Source: Mobula hypostoma
Taxonomy: Eukaryota
Direction: 5' to 3'
Assembly (NCBI RefSeq): GCF_963921235.1
Contig: NC_086100.1
Coordinates: 202,742,001 to 202,806,000 of the forward strand
Length of the DNA: 64,000 nucleotides
Shown here: positions 50,118-64,000 of the stretch, piece by piece
Numbering within the stretch: position 1 is the first letter of the stretch
Layout of the letters: every line of letters begins with the position of its first letter
Notes under the pieces: generated by a model
Database searches by the model: none
What the model saw: only the letters and a program-made list of their open reading frames with translations
What the model was told of the DNA's origin: nothing
Made by a program: the position numbers and the translations under genes

Positions 50118-52253
50118 ACAGGCCTGTTTCAACTGCACAGATTGGAGTGTCTTTGAGGCTGCAGCTACAGATCTTCATGATCTGTCTGACATCGTGACCT
50201 CATACATCAGATTTTGTGAAGACATGTGCATTCCATCAAAAACCTTCTGCACATTCAACAACAATGAGCCCTGGTTCACATCACAACTCAGGCAGCTTTG
50301 TCGGGAGAAGGAGGAGGCATACAGAAGAGGGACAGGATTCTGTACAAACGAGTCAGGAACACACTGACAAGGGAGATTAGGCAGCGAAGAAGCGCTACAT
50401 TGGAAAACTGCAAACCAGGTTTTCAGACAACGACCCAGTGTCAGTGTGGAAGGGGCTCCACAAGAAACCATTCCCCCAGGCTGTGGAGAACCATCAAATG
50501 GCTGACCATCTGAACAAGTTTTATTGTAGATTCGACACCTTCATTCCCCCCAGCCAAAACACAGACCTACCTGCAACCCCCATCATCCATCACCCCGACA
50601 TCTCAGTATCCACTTTCTCACCCCACATTACAAAAACTGCTCCCCCTACCCCCTTCACTTCAACCCTCTTGTACCTGCACTCAGGATCTGTGAGAGGGAG
50701 GTGAGTCAGCTGTTCCGGAGGCAGAAGACCAGGAAAGCGCCAGGCCCAGACGGCGTGTCGCCCTCCTGCCTGAAGACCTGCGCTGATCAGCTGGCCCCCA
50801 TCTACACACGGATAGATCATGGGAGCTGTGTGAAGTCCATCATTGCTTCAAGTGCTCCATTATCATTCCAGTCCCTAAGAAACCCACTATCAAGGGACTA
50901 AATGACTACAGGCCTGTTGCCTTGACTTCTGTGGTCATGAAGTCCTTTGAGAGACTAGTGTTGGCTCAGCTGAAGGACATCACAGGCCCCCTGCTGGACC
51001 CCTGCAGTTTGCTTATTGGGCAAATAGGTCAGTGGATGATGCAGTCAACATGGGACTACATTATATACTACAACACCTCGACAACCCAGGAACTTCTGCG
51101 AGGGTCCTGTTTGTTGACTTCAGCTCAGCGTTCAACACCATCGTCCCAGAAATCCTCCACTTCAAACTCCCCCAGCTCACTGTCTCCCCCGCAGTGGATC
51201 ACAAGCTTCCTGACTGACAGGGTGCAGCAAGTGAGGCTGGGGAGCATCATTTCTAGCACCCGGACAATCAGTACCGGTGCCCCCCAGGAATGTGTGCTCT
51301 CCCCACTGCTCTTCTCCCTTTACACTAATGACTGCACCTCACAGGATCCATCTGTTAAACTCCTGAAGTTTGCAGACAACACAACTGTCATTGGCCTTAT
51401 CCGAGAGGGTGATGAGTCTGCATACAGACGGGTGGTGGAACGGCTGGCCCTCTGGTGTGGTCAGAACAATCTGGAGCTAAATACGCTCAAGACTGTGGAG
51501 AAGACAGTGGACTTCAGGAGCAGCCCCCCAATACTCCCCCCACTCACTATACTGAACAGTATTGTGTCTGCTGTGGAGACCTTCAGGTTTCTGGGTGTCA
51601 CAATCTCCCAGGACCTGAAGTGGACACCCAACGCAGACACTCCTATCAAAAAGGCTCAGCAGAGGTTGTATTTCCTACGTCAACTCAGGAAGTACAACCT
51701 GCCTCAGGAGCTGCTGATTCAATTCTGTTCAGGAATAATCCAGTCTGCTCTCTGTTCGTCCATCACTGTCTGGTTTGGATCAGCTACTAAACAAGACAAG
51801 AATAGACTCCAAAGAACCGTCAGGGCTGCGGAAAGGATTATTGGTGCGAAGCTGCCCTCGATCCAGGACTTATATGCATCTAGAGTCAGGAAGCGAGCAA
51901 GCAGCATCATTGTAGACCCATCACACCCCGGACATCACCTGTTCCAACTCCTTCCTTCTGGTAGGTGCTTTAGATCACTGTATGCCAGGACAAATAGGTA
52001 CAAGAACAGTTTCTTTCCGTATGCCATCAGTCTTATGAACACTTGAATTTTAGTCTATTATAAACCAAGTCCACCTGTACATACACAGGTATATCTCATT
52101 GTATAAAGTTCATGATTATTTGCACTATTGTTTTCTTTGCTTTTTGATTCTGTACAGCGAGAGCTCAGGGAAACAGGCATCAAATTCCGTGTATGTGTCC
52201 ACGTACTTGGCGATAATAAAGGATTCTGATTCTGATTCTGATTGTGATTCTGA
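50118..52253 (+). mobile_element. Rex1/Babar-type LINE, 5'-truncated, with (GATTCT)n tail
   Basis: [47 protein letters not shown] and KFADNTT; tail at 52222-52253. Confidence 0.9.
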
Positions 52254-54409
52254 GAAGGAATAGCGGAAAACACAATGGGTAGAAGAAGGAGGCAGAACCA
52301 TGAGGGAGGTGATAGGCAGCTGGGGGAGGGGGCAGAGTGAAATAGGGATAAAGGAAGGGAGGGGGAGGGAATTACCGGAAGGTGGAGAATTCTATGTTCA
52401 TACCAAAGGGCTGGAGATTACCTAGACGGTATATGAGGTGTTGCTCCTCCATCCTGAGTTTGGCCTCATCATTGCAGTAGAGGAGGCCATATATGGACAT
52501 ATCTGAATGGGAATAGGAAGCAGAGTTGACGTGGGTGGCAACCAGGAAATCCTGACTGTTGTGGCAGACGGAGCGGAGGTGCTCGACGAAGCGGTCCCCC
52601 AATCTGCGTTGGGTTTCACCGATGTAGAGGAGGCCGCACCGGGAGCACCGGATGCAATAGATGACCCCAACAGACTCACAAGTGAAGTGTTACCTCACCT
52701 GGAAGGATTGTTTGGGGCCCTGAATGGTGGCAAGAGAGGAGGTGTAGGGACTGGTGTAGCACTTGCGCTTACAGGGATAAATGCCGGGTGGGTGATCCAT
52801 GGGGAGGGACGTGTGGATCAGGGAGTCGCGGAGGGACCGATCCCTGCGGAAAGCGGAGGGGGTGGAGAGGGAAAGATGTGTTTAGTGGTGGGGTCCTGTT
52901 GAAGGTGGCGGAAGTTGCGGAGGATAATGTGCTGGATCCGGAGGGTGCTGGGCTGGTAGGTGAGGACACGGGGAACTCTGTCCCTGTTGTGGTGACAGGA
53001 GGCTGGGGTGAGGGCCGAAGTGCAGGAAATGGAGGAGATGAGGGTGAGGGCATCATTGATGACAGCAGAAGGGAAACCACGATCCTTAAAGAAAGAGGAC
53101 ATTTGAGATGTCCTGGAACGGAAAGTCTCATTCTGGGAGCAGATGTGGCAGAGACAGAGGAACTGGGAATATGGAATGGCATTTTTGCATGTGGCATGGC
53201 GGGAAGAGGTATAGTCGAGGTAGTTATGAGAGTCAGTGGGCTTGTAGAAGATGTCAGTGGACAGTCTGTCTCCAGAGATGGAGACCAAGAGATCGAGAAA
53301 GGGGAGAGAAGTGTCCGAGATAGACCAAGTGAATTTGAGGGATGAGTGGAAGTTTGAAGTAAAGTCGATGAAATTGACGAGCTCAGCATGGGTGCAGGAA
53401 GCAGCACTAATGTAGTACCAGAATAGGTTTGGAGCACAGACTGTTCCACATAACCAACGAAGAGGCAGGCATAGCTGGGGCCCATGCGAGTGCCCATAGC
53501 TACACCCTTGGTCTGAAGAAAGCGGGAAGATCCGAAAGAGAAGTTATTAAGTGTGAGAACCAGTTCCGCCAACTGGAGGAGGGTAGTGGTGGTGGGGAAC
53601 TGGTGAGGTCTATTGTCCAGAAAGAAGCGGAGGGCTTTGAGGCCTTCTTGATTGGGAATGGAGGTGTATAGGGATTGGACATCCACAGTGAAATGAAATG
53701 GTCGGGACCGGGGAATTGGAAGTTATTGAAGAGGTGGAGAGCATGGGATGTACCCTGGATGTAGGTGGGGAGGGACTGAACTATGGGCGACAAAATGGAG
53801 TCCAGGTAGGCAGATACAAGTTCGGTGGAACAGGAGCAGGCAGAAACTATGGGTCTATCGGGACAGTCAGGCTTGTGGATCTTGGGGAGGAGGTAAAACC
53901 GAGCGGTGCGGGGTGTGGGAATAATGAGGTTAGCGGCTGAGGATGGAAGGTCTCCGGAGTTGATAAGAGCGGTGATGGTACGGGAGACAATGGTTTGATG
54001 TTTTTTGGTGGGGTCCTGTTCCAGGGGTAAGTAACAGGAGGTGTCAGAGAGCTGCCGTTTGGTCTCAGTGAGGTAGATGTCCGTCCGCCAGACTACTACA
54101 GCACCACCTTTGTCTGCGGGTTTGATGGTGAGGTTGGGATTAGTGCGGAGAGGGAGGAATTCCCTCCCCCTCCCCTCCCCTATCCCTATTTCACTCTGCC
54201 CCCTCCCCCAGCTGCCTATCACCTCCCTCATGGTTCCACCTCCTTCTACTCTCCATTGTGTTTTCCACTATTCCTTCTTCACCTTTCCTGCCTATCACCT
54301 CCCTGCTTCCCCTCCCCCACCCCCACCCCTTTGTCTTTCCCCTTACTGGTTTTCCACCTGGAACCTACCAGCCTTCTCCTTCCCACCGTCCCCCATCTTC
54401 TTTATACTT

Positions 54410-56080
54410 CTCTTCGGAATTCACCAATGAGAGGGAACTTGATGATGGTGAGGACAATATGAGTGAGGTTGATGTTCTGGAGCATGGTGATATTAAGAGA
54501 GAGGAGGTGTTGGAGTTGTTAAAATACATTAGGACGGATAAGTCCCCGGGGCCTGACCGAATATTCCCCAGGCTGCTCCACGAGGTGAGGGAAGAGATTG
54601 CTGAGCCTCTGGCTAGGATCTTTATGTCCTCGTTGTCCACGGGAATGGTACCGGAGGATTGGAGGGAGGCAAATGTTTTCCCCTTGTTCAAAAAAGGTAG
54701 TAGGGATAGTCCAGGTAATTATAGACCAGTGAGCCTGACGTCTGTGGTCGGAAAGCTGCTGGAGAAGATTCTTAGAGATAGGATCTATGGGCATTTAGAG
54801 AATCATGGTCTGATCAGGGACAGTCAGCATGGCTTTGTGAAGGGCAGATCGTGTCTAACAAGCCTGATAGAGTTCTTTGAGGAGGTGACCAGGCATATAG
54901 ATGAGGGTAGTGCAGTGGATGTGATTTATATGGATTTTAGTAAGGCATCTGACAAGGTTCCACATGGTAGGCTTATTCAGAAAGTCAGAAGGCATGGGAT
55001 CCAGGGAAGTTTGGCCAGGTGGATTCAGAATTGGCTTGCCTGCAGAAGGCAGAGGGTGGTGGTGGAGGGAGTACATTCAGATTGGAGGATTGTGACTAGT
55101 TGTGTCCCACAAGGATCTGTTCTGGGACCTCTACTTTTCGTGATTTTTATTAATGACCTGGATGTGGGGGTAGAAGGGTGGGTTGGCAACTTTGCAGATG
55201 ACACAAAGGTTGGTGGTGTTGTGGATAGTGTAGAGGATTGTCGAAGATTGCAGAGAGACATTGATAGGATGCAGAAGTGGGCTGAGAAGTGGCAGATGGA
55301 GTTCAACCCGGAGAAGTGTGAGGTGGTACACTTTGGAAGGACAAACTCCAAGGCAGAGTACAAAGTAAATGGCAGGATACTTGGTAGTGTGGAGGAGCAG
55401 AGGGATCTCGGGGTACATGTCCACAGATCCCTGAAAGTTGCCTCACAGGTAGATAGGGTAGTTAAGAAAGCTTATGGGGTGTCAGCTTTCATAAGTTGAG
55501 GGGTAGAGTTTAAGAGTCACAATGTAATGATGCAGCTCTATAAAACTCTGGTTAGGCCACACTTGGAGTACTGTGTCCAGTTCTGGTGGTCTCACTATAG
55601 GAAGGATGTGGAAGCACTGGAAAGGGTACGGAGGAGATTTACCAGGATGCTGCCTGGTTTAGAGAGTATGCATTATGATCAGAGATTAAGGGAGCTAGGG
55701 ATTTACTCTTTGAAGAGAAGGAGGATAAGAGGAGACATGATAGAGGTGTACAAGATATTAAGAGGAACAGATAGAGTGGATAGCCAGCGCCTCTTCCCCA
55801 GGGCACCACTGCTCAATACAAGAGGACATGACTTTAAGGTAAGGGGTGGGAAGTTCAAGGGGGATATCAGAGGAAGGTTTTTCACTCAGAGAGTGGTTAG
55901 TGCATGGAATGCACTGCCTGAGTCAGTGGTGGAGGCAGATACACTAGTGACGTTTAAGAGACTACTAGACAGGTATAGGGAGGAATTTAAGGTGGAGGGT
56001 TATATGGGAGGCAGGGTTTGAGGGTCGGCACAACATTGTGGGCCGAAGGGCCTGTACTGCGCTGTACTATTCTATGTTCT
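54410..56080 (+). mobile_element. CR1 ORF2 RT and 3' end, young subfamily
   Basis: Long open RT (NFADDTK) to 55499, then 55527-56021. Confidence 0.93.
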
Positions 56081-56741
56081 ATAAGGTGGATGTGGAGAGG
56101 ATGTTTCCTATTGTGGGGGTATCCAGCACTGGGGGGCACAGCCTCAAAATTGAGGGCCGACCGTTTTGAACAGAGGAAAGAAGACATTTTTTTAGCCAGA
56201 GAGTGGTAGATCTGTGGAATGCTCTGCCACAGACTGCAGCAGATGCAAAGTCCATGGGTATATTTAAGGTAGAAGTTGATCGTTTCCTGATCAGTCGTGG
56301 CATCGAAGGATATGGAGAAAGGCAGTAGTATGGGGTTGAGTGGGATCTGGGATTAGCCACAACGTAATGGTGGAGCAGATTCGATGGGCTAATCCTGCTC
56401 CTATGTCTGATGGTCTTATGACATCAGTTTAAGGTGAGTGGGGGAAAGTTTAGCAGAGATGTCACTGGTAGGTGGAGAGAAGTGGATGCCTTGAACTCAC
56501 TGGCAGGAATGATGGCAGAGACTGATACCACAGGGACATTTTAGAAACTCTTAGATGGGCATACAAATGTAGGAAAATGAAGTTCACATAAGTCAGTACA
56601 GCATCATATGCCAAAGGACCTGTATTGTACCGTACTGTTGTATGTTTTCCCTTCATGCATCATCGTTTCCATCGTCCCCAAGTACACCCGACCTTTCCCC
56701 ATCTCCCCTCTGACAGTAATACCGCTGGCGTTGCTGCTTAC

Positions 56742-56941
56742 CGTCTTACGCGCCGCTGCATCACCTGAGCTTCCTTCATCCTCTGCACCTGGGACAGGTA
56801 GGACGTGATGCGTGCGTTGCAGACCATCAGGCTCTTGGCTGCTTCCAGCGTCTGGTCCTTCTGCGTACACGCTGCAAGGAGCTTGCAGGCCCCGTCCCGC
56901 ATTCGGATTTCGTAGTCAATCTTCTTCTGGAAATCAGAGTC
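56742..56941 (-). CDS. RTKN: Rhotekin coding exon (HR1 Rho-binding domain), 200 bp
   Basis: Translates DSDFQKKIDYEIRMRDGACKLLAACTQKDQTLEAAKSLMVCNARITSYLSQVQRMKEAQVMQRRVR(R). Acceptor tttccag, donor gtaagc. GACKLLAAC and KEAQV fit RTKN rather than RTKN2 (from recall). Confidence 0.93.
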
Positions 56942-57329
56942 CTGGAAAGCACGAAGCAATAAGCAGCTTATCCACTTCCCCCCTTTCTCTCCTTTTGCCC
57001 CGCAATGATGAGGCTTTGCTCCAGCCACCCACTTACACCACTTTCTGTCACCCCTCAGTACTCCAGTCCTGCCACTGACTGTCTACTTTCCCCTAACGTT
57101 ACGCCTCCCAAAGTGCAACACCTCACATTTGTCCAGATTAACTTCAAGTTCACGTTCATTGTCATTTCAGCTCAATACACGTATACCACCAAGTGAAACA
57201 ACGTTCCTCCTGGTCTGTAACAGTACATATTGTATAACTCACGCCCAACACAAAGCAATATTACTACAGTAATAAGGTGCATTTAATCACAAATTAGAAA
57301 GGAAACAGTATACTGTCATACACAGCATA

Positions 57330-57940
57330 TAAGAGACCAAATAGACATACAAAGCTCAAAGTAAAATGTATTATCAGAGTATATACATGTCACCACACAC
57401 AACCCCGAGATTCTTTTTCCTGTGGGCAGACTTATCAAATCTATAGAACATTAACAGTAAACAGGATCAATGAACAAACTGTGAAAATGCAATTATAAAT
57501 ATAAATAAATAGCAATAAAAAAGGAGTAAGATATAACATGAAATGAAAGAGCAAGAAATAAGATCAAGAGTCCCTAAAGTGAGACTATCCACTGCGGGAA
57601 CACCAGAAATAGATGGAGTGTATTCATAGCCTGACGGTTGAGGGGTAGTAACTGTTCTTGAACCTGGTGGTGTGAGTCCTGAGGCACCTGTACCTTTTAC
57701 CTGATGGCAGCCGTGAGAAAAGATCATGACCTGGGTGGTAAGGATCTTTAATGATGGATGCTGCTTTTCTACAGCAATGTTTCATGTAGACGTGCTCAAT
57801 GGCCGGGGGAGTTTTCACACATCATGTACTGGGCCAAGTCTACTACTTTTTATCAGATTTTCTGGGCCCGGACAGATCCGCTGAGATAATGACACCCAGG
57901 AATTTAAAGTTACTGACCCTCTCCAGCTCGGATCCTCCGA
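57330..57940 (-). mobile_element. Rex1/Babar-type 3' fragment
   Basis: CCRKAASIIKDPYHPGHDLFSRLPSGKRY. Confidence 0.75.
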
Positions 57941-58214
57941 TGAACACAGTCAGTAGGACAGTATAACGTTCCATATGCAGTGGGAACTGGACGATGGCAG
58001 GGAACTCGGTCATCTTTCAGCCTGGAGTAAGGACCTGCTTCCTATCCAAACAGTCCTTGTCCTAATGCTATGATACCTCCTGCCTGATGGTACAGGGTCA
58101 AAGAAATTGCTGGACAGATGGGAGAGATTATTGACAATGCTAAGGGCCCTGCATGTGCAATGCTCCTGGTAAGATCTCTGATGGGTGGAACAGAGATCCT
58201 GATAATCCTCTCAG

Positions 58215-60180
58215 ATTTACAAGGATGTTGCCTGGATTGGGGAGCATGCCTTATGAAAACAGGTTGAGTGAAATCGGCCGTTTCTCCTTGGAGAGACGGA
58301 GGATAACAGGTGACCTGATAGAGGTGTATAAGATGATGAGAGGCATTGATCATGTGGATAGTCAGAAGCTTTTTCCCAGGGCTGAAATGGTTGCCACAAG
58401 AGGACACAGATTTAAGGTGCTGGGGAGTATGTACAGAGGAGATGTTGGGGTTGAGTTTTTTTTACTCAGAGAGTGGTGAGTGTGTGGAATGGGCTGCTGG
58501 CAACAGTGGTGGAGGCGGATACGATAGGGTCTTTTAAGAGACTTTTGGTTAGGTACAGGGAGCTGAGAAAAATAGAGGGCTATGGGTAAGCCTAGTAATT
58601 TCGGGACATGTTCTGCACAACTTTGTGGGCCGAAGGGCCTGTATTGTGCTGTAGATTTTCTATGTTTTCTATGAGTCCTCACAATCCTTTGTAGGGCCTT
58701 GCAAATCTTATATTAGACGGTGATGCAGCTGGTCACGAAATTTTCAATGATGCTCCTCCAAGAATTGATTGGAATGGGGGTGGGGAGCTTCATTCACCTC
58801 AGTCTCCTCAGAAAGTGGAGATGCTGCTATGCTTTCTTGACTAAAGAGATCAAGTTCAAGTTCATGAATAAAGCCAAACAAAAGGATTCCTCCAGGACCA
58901 AGCTGCAAAATGTAGTACCAATAGTCAAACTCAACACAAGTAAACATAGTAAGTCATAGAAAAATACCGCTCAGAAACAGGCCCTTCAGCCCATCTAGTC
59001 TGTGCCAAATCATTTAAGCTGTCTACTCCGAACGACCTGCACCAGCAGCATAGCCCTCCATATCCCTAACATCTATATACCTATCCAAACTTATCTGAAC
59101 ATTAGAATCGAGCTTACATGCACCACTTGTGCTGGCAGCTTGTTCCACACTCTCACCAGCTTCTCACTGAAGAAGTTTCCCCTCAGACATTTCACTTTTC
59201 ACCCTTAACCCATGACCTCTGGTTGTAGTTGTACCCAACCTCAGTGGGAAAAGCCTGCATTTACCCTATCCATACCCCTCAGAATTTTGTATACGATTAT
59301 CAAATCTCCTCTCAATCTTCTATGTTCTAGGGAATACAGTCCTAATCTATTCAATCTTTCCTTACAACTCAAGTCCTCCAGACTCGACAATATCGTTGTA
59401 TATTTTCACTGTACTTTTTCAACCTTGTTTACATCTTTCCTGTACGTAGGTGACCAAAACTTCACACAATACTCCAAAATTAGGCCTCACCAACATCTTA
59501 TACAATTTCAACATAACATCCCATCTCCTGTACTCAAAACATTGATTTATGACAGCCAAAACACCAAGACCTTTCTTTATGAACCCATTTACCTGTGATG
59601 CCACTTTCAATAAATGATGGACCTGTATTCCCAGATCCCTTTGTTCTACCACACTCTTCAGTGCCCTACCGTTCACTGTGTGAGACCTACCCTGGTTGGT
59701 CCTACTGACGTTCAAAACCTTGCACTTGTCTGTGTTAAATTCCATCTTCTATTTTTCAGCCCATTTTTCCAGCTGATCCAGATCCCTCTGCCAGCCATGA
59801 TAGCCTTCCTCACTGTCCACTACACCCCCAATCTTGGTTAACCACATTATCATCCACTTTGTTACTATAGATGACAAACAATAACGGACCCAGCACCGAT
59901 CCCTGCAGCACGGCACTAGTCACAGATCTCCAGTCAGAGAGGCTAACATCTTTTACCACGCTCTGGCTTCTCCCACAAAACCAATGTCTAATCCAATTTA
60001 CTACCTCATCTTGAATACTGAGTGAATGAACCTTCCTGACCAACCTCCCATGTCAAATGTCTTGTGAAAGTTCATGTAGACAACATCCGCTGCCTTGCCT
60101 TCATCCACTTTCCTGGTAACTTCCTCAAAAAACTCCAAGATTAGTTAGACACGACTTACCATACACAAAGCCATGCTGGC
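58215..60180. mobile_element. CR1 fragments (58215-58675 plus; 58945-60180 minus)
   Basis: RFTRMLPGLGSMPYENRL on plus; MEFNTDKCKV and QGSVLGPLLF on minus. Confidence 0.82.
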
Positions 60181-60187
60181 TATTACA

Positions 60188-63100
60188 TGACCTCAACTAT
60201 TCTGAAGAGGGAGGGTGAGCATCCGGATATCGTGGTCCATGTAGGGACTAATGACGTGGGTAGGAAGAGTGAGGAGGTCCTGAAAGGTGAGTTTAGGGAG
60301 TTAAGCGCCAAGTTGAAGGACAAGACCTCCAGGATAACAATCTCAGGATTGCTACCAGTGCCACATGCAGGCGGGTTTAGAAATAGTAAGATAGCACAGA
60401 TCAACACGTGGCTGAAGACATGGTGCAGGAGGGAGGGCTTCAGATTTACAGATAATTGGGCAGTTTTCCAGGGAAGGTGGGACCTGTTCTGGCGGGACGG
60501 TTTACATCTGAACTGGAGGGGGACAAATATTCTTGCAGGTAGGTTTGCTAGAGAGGCTCCAGTGGATTTAAACTAGATGCAAGGGGATGGGGGGTGGGGG
60601 GGACCAGAGTGTAGGAACAGATGTACTGGAGAAAGAACAAAAAGAAAATAGTAAAGTTGTTTGCACCATTAGTGACAAACAGAGAGTAAGAGGTGGAAAT
60701 TTTCTTAAATGCATTTATTTTAATGCTAGGAACATTATAATAAAGGTGGATGAGCTTACAGCATGGATTGATACCCGGAAGTATGATGTTGTAGCTATTA
60801 GTGAAACATGGTTGCAGGAGGGGTGTGATTGGCAACTAAATAATTCCTGGATTTCGTTGCTTCAGGTGTGATAGAATCGGAGGGGCAAGAGGGGGAGGTG
60901 TTGCATTGCTTGTCAGAGAAAATATTACAGCAGTGCTCTGGCAGGATAGATTAGAGGGCTCGACTAGGGAGGCTATTTGGGTGGAATTGAGGAATGGGAA
61001 ATGTGTAGTAACACTTATAGGGGTGTATTACAGACCACGTAATGGGGAGCGAGAAGTGGATGAGCAAATTTGTAAGGAGATAGCAGATATCTGTAGTAAG
61101 CACAAGGTTGTGATTGTGGGAGATTTTAAGTTTCCACACATAGACTGGGAAGCCCATTCTGTAAAAGGGCTGGATGGTTTGGAGTTTGTAAAATGTGTGC
61201 AGGATAGTTTTTTGCAGCAATACATAAAGGTACCAACTAAAGAAGGGGCAGTGTTGGATCTCCTGTTAGGGAATGAGATAGGTCAGGTGACACAGGTATG
61301 TGTTGGGGAGCACTTCAGTTCCAGTGATCACAATGACATTAGTTTCAATATAATTATGGAGAAGGATAGGACTGGACCCAGGGTTGAGATTTTTGATTGG
61401 AGAAAGGCTAACTTTGAGGAGATGCGAAAGGATTTAGAAGGAGTGGATTGGGACAAATTGTTTTATGGGAAGGACGTAATAGAGAAATGGAGGTCATTTA
61501 AAGGTGAAATTTTGAGAGTGCAGAATCTTTATGTTCCTGTTAGGGTGAAAGGAAAGGTTAAAAGTTTGAGAGAGCCATCGTTTTCAAGGGATATTGGAAA
61601 CTTGGCTCGGAAAAAGAGAGATATCTACAATAAATACAGGCAGCATGGAGTAAATGAGATGCTCGAGGAATATAAAGAATGTAAAAAGAACCTTAAGAAA
61701 GAAATTAGAAAAGCTAAAAGAAGATACGAGGTTGCTTTGGCAAGTAAGGTGAAAATAAATTCGAAGGGTTTCTACAGTTATATTAATAGCAAAAGGATAG
61801 TGAGGGATAAAATTGTTCCCTTAGAGAATCAGAGTGGACGGCTATGTGTGGAACCAAAAGAGATGCGGGAGATTTTGAACAATTTCCTTTCTTCGGTATT
61901 CACTAAGGAGAAGGATATTGAATTGAGTAAGATAAGGGAAACAGGTAGGGAAGTTTTGGAAACTATGATGATTAAAGAAGAAGAACTACAGGCGCTTTTA
62001 AGGAATATAAAAGTGGATAAGTCTCCGGGTCCTGACAGGATATTCCCTAGGACCTTGAGGGAAGTTAGTGTAGAAATAGCAGGGGCTCTGACAGAAATAT
62101 TTCAAGTGTCATTAGAAATGGGGATGGTGCCGGAGGATTGGCGTATTGCTCATGTGGTTCCATTGTTTAAAAAGGGTTCTAAGAGTAAACCTAGCAATTA
62201 TCAGCCTGTGAGTTTGACGTCAGTGGTGGGTAAATTGATGGAAAGTATTCTTAGAGATGGTATATATAATTATCTGGATAGATAGGGTCTGATTAGGAAG
62301 TCAACATGGATTTGTGTGTGGAAGGTCTTGTTTGACAAATATAATTGAATTTTTTGAAGAGGTTACTTGGAAAGTTGATGAGGGTAAAGCAGTGGATGTT
62401 GTCTATATGGACTTCAGTAAGGCCTTTGACAAGGTTCCACACGTAAGGTTAGTTAGGAAGATTCGATCGTTAGGTATTAATATTGAAGTAGTAAAATGGA
62501 TTCAGCAGTGGCTGAATGGGAGACACCAGAGAGTAGTGGTGGATAACTGTTTGTCAGATTGGAGGCCGGTGACTAGTCGTGTGCCTCAGGGATCTGTACT
62601 GGGTCTAATATTGTTTGTCATATACATTAATGATCTGGATGATGGGGTGGTAAATTGGATTAGTAAGTATGCAGTTGATACTAAGATAGGTGGTGTTGTG
62701 GATAATGAAGTAGGTTTTCAAAGCTTGCAGAGACATTGAGGCCAGTTAGAAGAGTGGGCTGAAAGATGGCAGATGGAGTTTAATGCTGATAAATGTGAGG
62801 TGCTACATTTGGGTAGGACTAATCAAAATAGGCCATACATGGTAAATGGTAGGGCACTGAAGAATGCAGTAGTTCCCTGAAGGTGGATCTCACGTGGATA
62901 GGGTGGTGAAGAAAGCTTTTGGTATGCTGGCCTTTATAAATCAGAGCAATGAGTATAGGAGTTGGGATGTAATGTTAAAATTGTACAAGGCATTGGTAAG
63001 GCCAAATTTGGAGTTTTGTGTCCAGTTCTGGTCACCCAATTATAGGAAAGATGTCAACAAAATAGAGAGGGTACAGAGATTTACTGGAATGTTACCTGGA

Positions 63101-63550
63101 TTTCAACACCTAAGTTACAGAGAAAGGTTGAACAAGTTGGGCCTTTATTCTTTGAGCATAGAAGGTTGAGGGGCGACTTAATAGAGGTATTTAAAATTAT
63201 GAGGGGGATAGATAGAGTTGACGTGGATAGGCTTTTTCCATTGAGAGTGGGGGAGATTCAAACAAGAGGACATGAGTTGAGAGTTGGGGGCAAAAGTTTA
63301 GGGGTAACACATGGGGGAACTTCTTTACTCAGAGAGTGGTAGCTGTGTGGAACGACCTTCCAGCAGAAGTGGTAGAGGCAGGTTCAATATTGTCATTTAA
63401 GGTAAAATTGGATAGCTATATGGACAGGAAAGGAATGGAGGGTTATGGGCTGAGTGCAGGTCGATAGGACTAGGTGAGAGTAGCGTTCAGCACGGACTAG
63501 AAGGGTCGAGATGGTCTGTTTCCATGCTGTAATTGTTATATGGTTATATG
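60188..63550 (+). mobile_element. Near full-length CR1: ORF1 SGNH esterase, ORF2 endonuclease-RT, (TTATATGG) tail
   Basis: VVHVGTND...RDGLHLN; CIYFNARNI, AISETWL, VYYRP, GDFKFP, SDH; RT with KYAVDTK; a few stops and frameshifts. Confidence 0.93.
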
Positions 63551-63554
63551 GACT

Positions 63555-63890
63555 AACCTCAATCAGTCCATGACCATCCAAATATCTTGTATATTCGGTT
63601 CCTTAGAATACCTTCCAATAACTTTCCCACATCTGATGTCAGACTCAACAGCCTATAATTTTCTGATTTAAGTTTAGAGACTTTCTTAAACAACACAACA
63701 TTGGCTAACCTCCAATCCTCTGGTACCTCTCCTGTATCTAAGGATGATTTATATATCCTGGCTAGGGCTCCAAAGTTTTTACACTTACCTCTCGTCGGGT
63801 CCAAGGGAACACCTTGTCAGGCCCTGGGGATTTATCCACCCTGATTTGCCTCAGGGTAGCACACGTATCCTCCTCTGTAATCTATAAAGT
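63555..63890 (-). mobile_element. CR1 RT fragment
   Basis: GEVPEDWRLANVVLFKK. Confidence 0.75.
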
Positions 63891-64000
63891 CCATAGGCTC
63901 TTTATAAAAGTCTGAGGGACAATGGGCTGTTTCAGAGAGATGTTACAGATGTTCGTTGGGATCTCTGTTAAGTGGGCTGCACAATCCCTCAGCATGTGAC

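Larger units (their letters stand above)
49870..54406 (-). mobile_element. Penelope-like element (5'-truncated) with an inverted pseudo-LTR at 54158-54406; its 3' pseudo-LTR is split by a Rex1 insertion
   Basis: TIKPADKGGAVVVW, FYLLPKIHK, MDVQSLYTSIP and QTKGVAMGTRMGPSYA; GIY-YIG tail MEEQHLIYRLG. Confidence 0.9.

Noticed and set aside
54258..55499. 413-aa ORF as a novel RT fusion protein
   Set aside because: The N-terminus is chance read-through of a pyrimidine-rich Penelope pseudo-LTR into a 5'-truncated CR1 RT.
56742..56941. Assignment to RTKN2 or anillin
   Set aside because: GACKLLAAC, KEAQV and KLSSSLGRSSGRR..SPILLP fit RTKN better from recall; a reciprocal BLAST would settle it.

Overview
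Vertebrate genomic DNA. The CR1/Penelope/Rex/RTE-dominated repeat content suggests a cartilaginous fish, probably a ray or shark (inference). The window lies inside the rhotekin gene (RTKN) on the minus strand. Five coding exons (56742-56941, 28351-28412, 24643-24696, 18603-18720, 4788-5012) have GT-AG boundaries and splice in frame into the HR1 domain and anillin-homology region. The introns are almost entirely nested retroelements: many CR1 LINE fragments, one near full-length L1, an RTE/BovB-like LINE with a 5' inversion, Rex1/Babar LINEs, Penelope-like (GIY-YIG) elements and tRNA-derived SINEs. There is also a 5.6-kb 25-bp satellite and a 33-bp minisatellite. The best second-look items are: (1) minimal hammerhead ribozyme motifs in the Penelope pseudo-LTRs, four with intact cores and two of those in the RTKN pre-mRNA sense; (2) a young 153-bp-arm foldback Penelope derivative with a 13-bp target-site duplication (TSD); (3) a satellite whose monomer looks like a tRNA/SINE Pol III A-box; (4) a multi-layer nest of Penelope > L1 > SINE and foldback. 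I see no CRISPR or prokaryote-type system and cannot claim a wholly new system. Most repeat boundaries are approximate (tens of bp).
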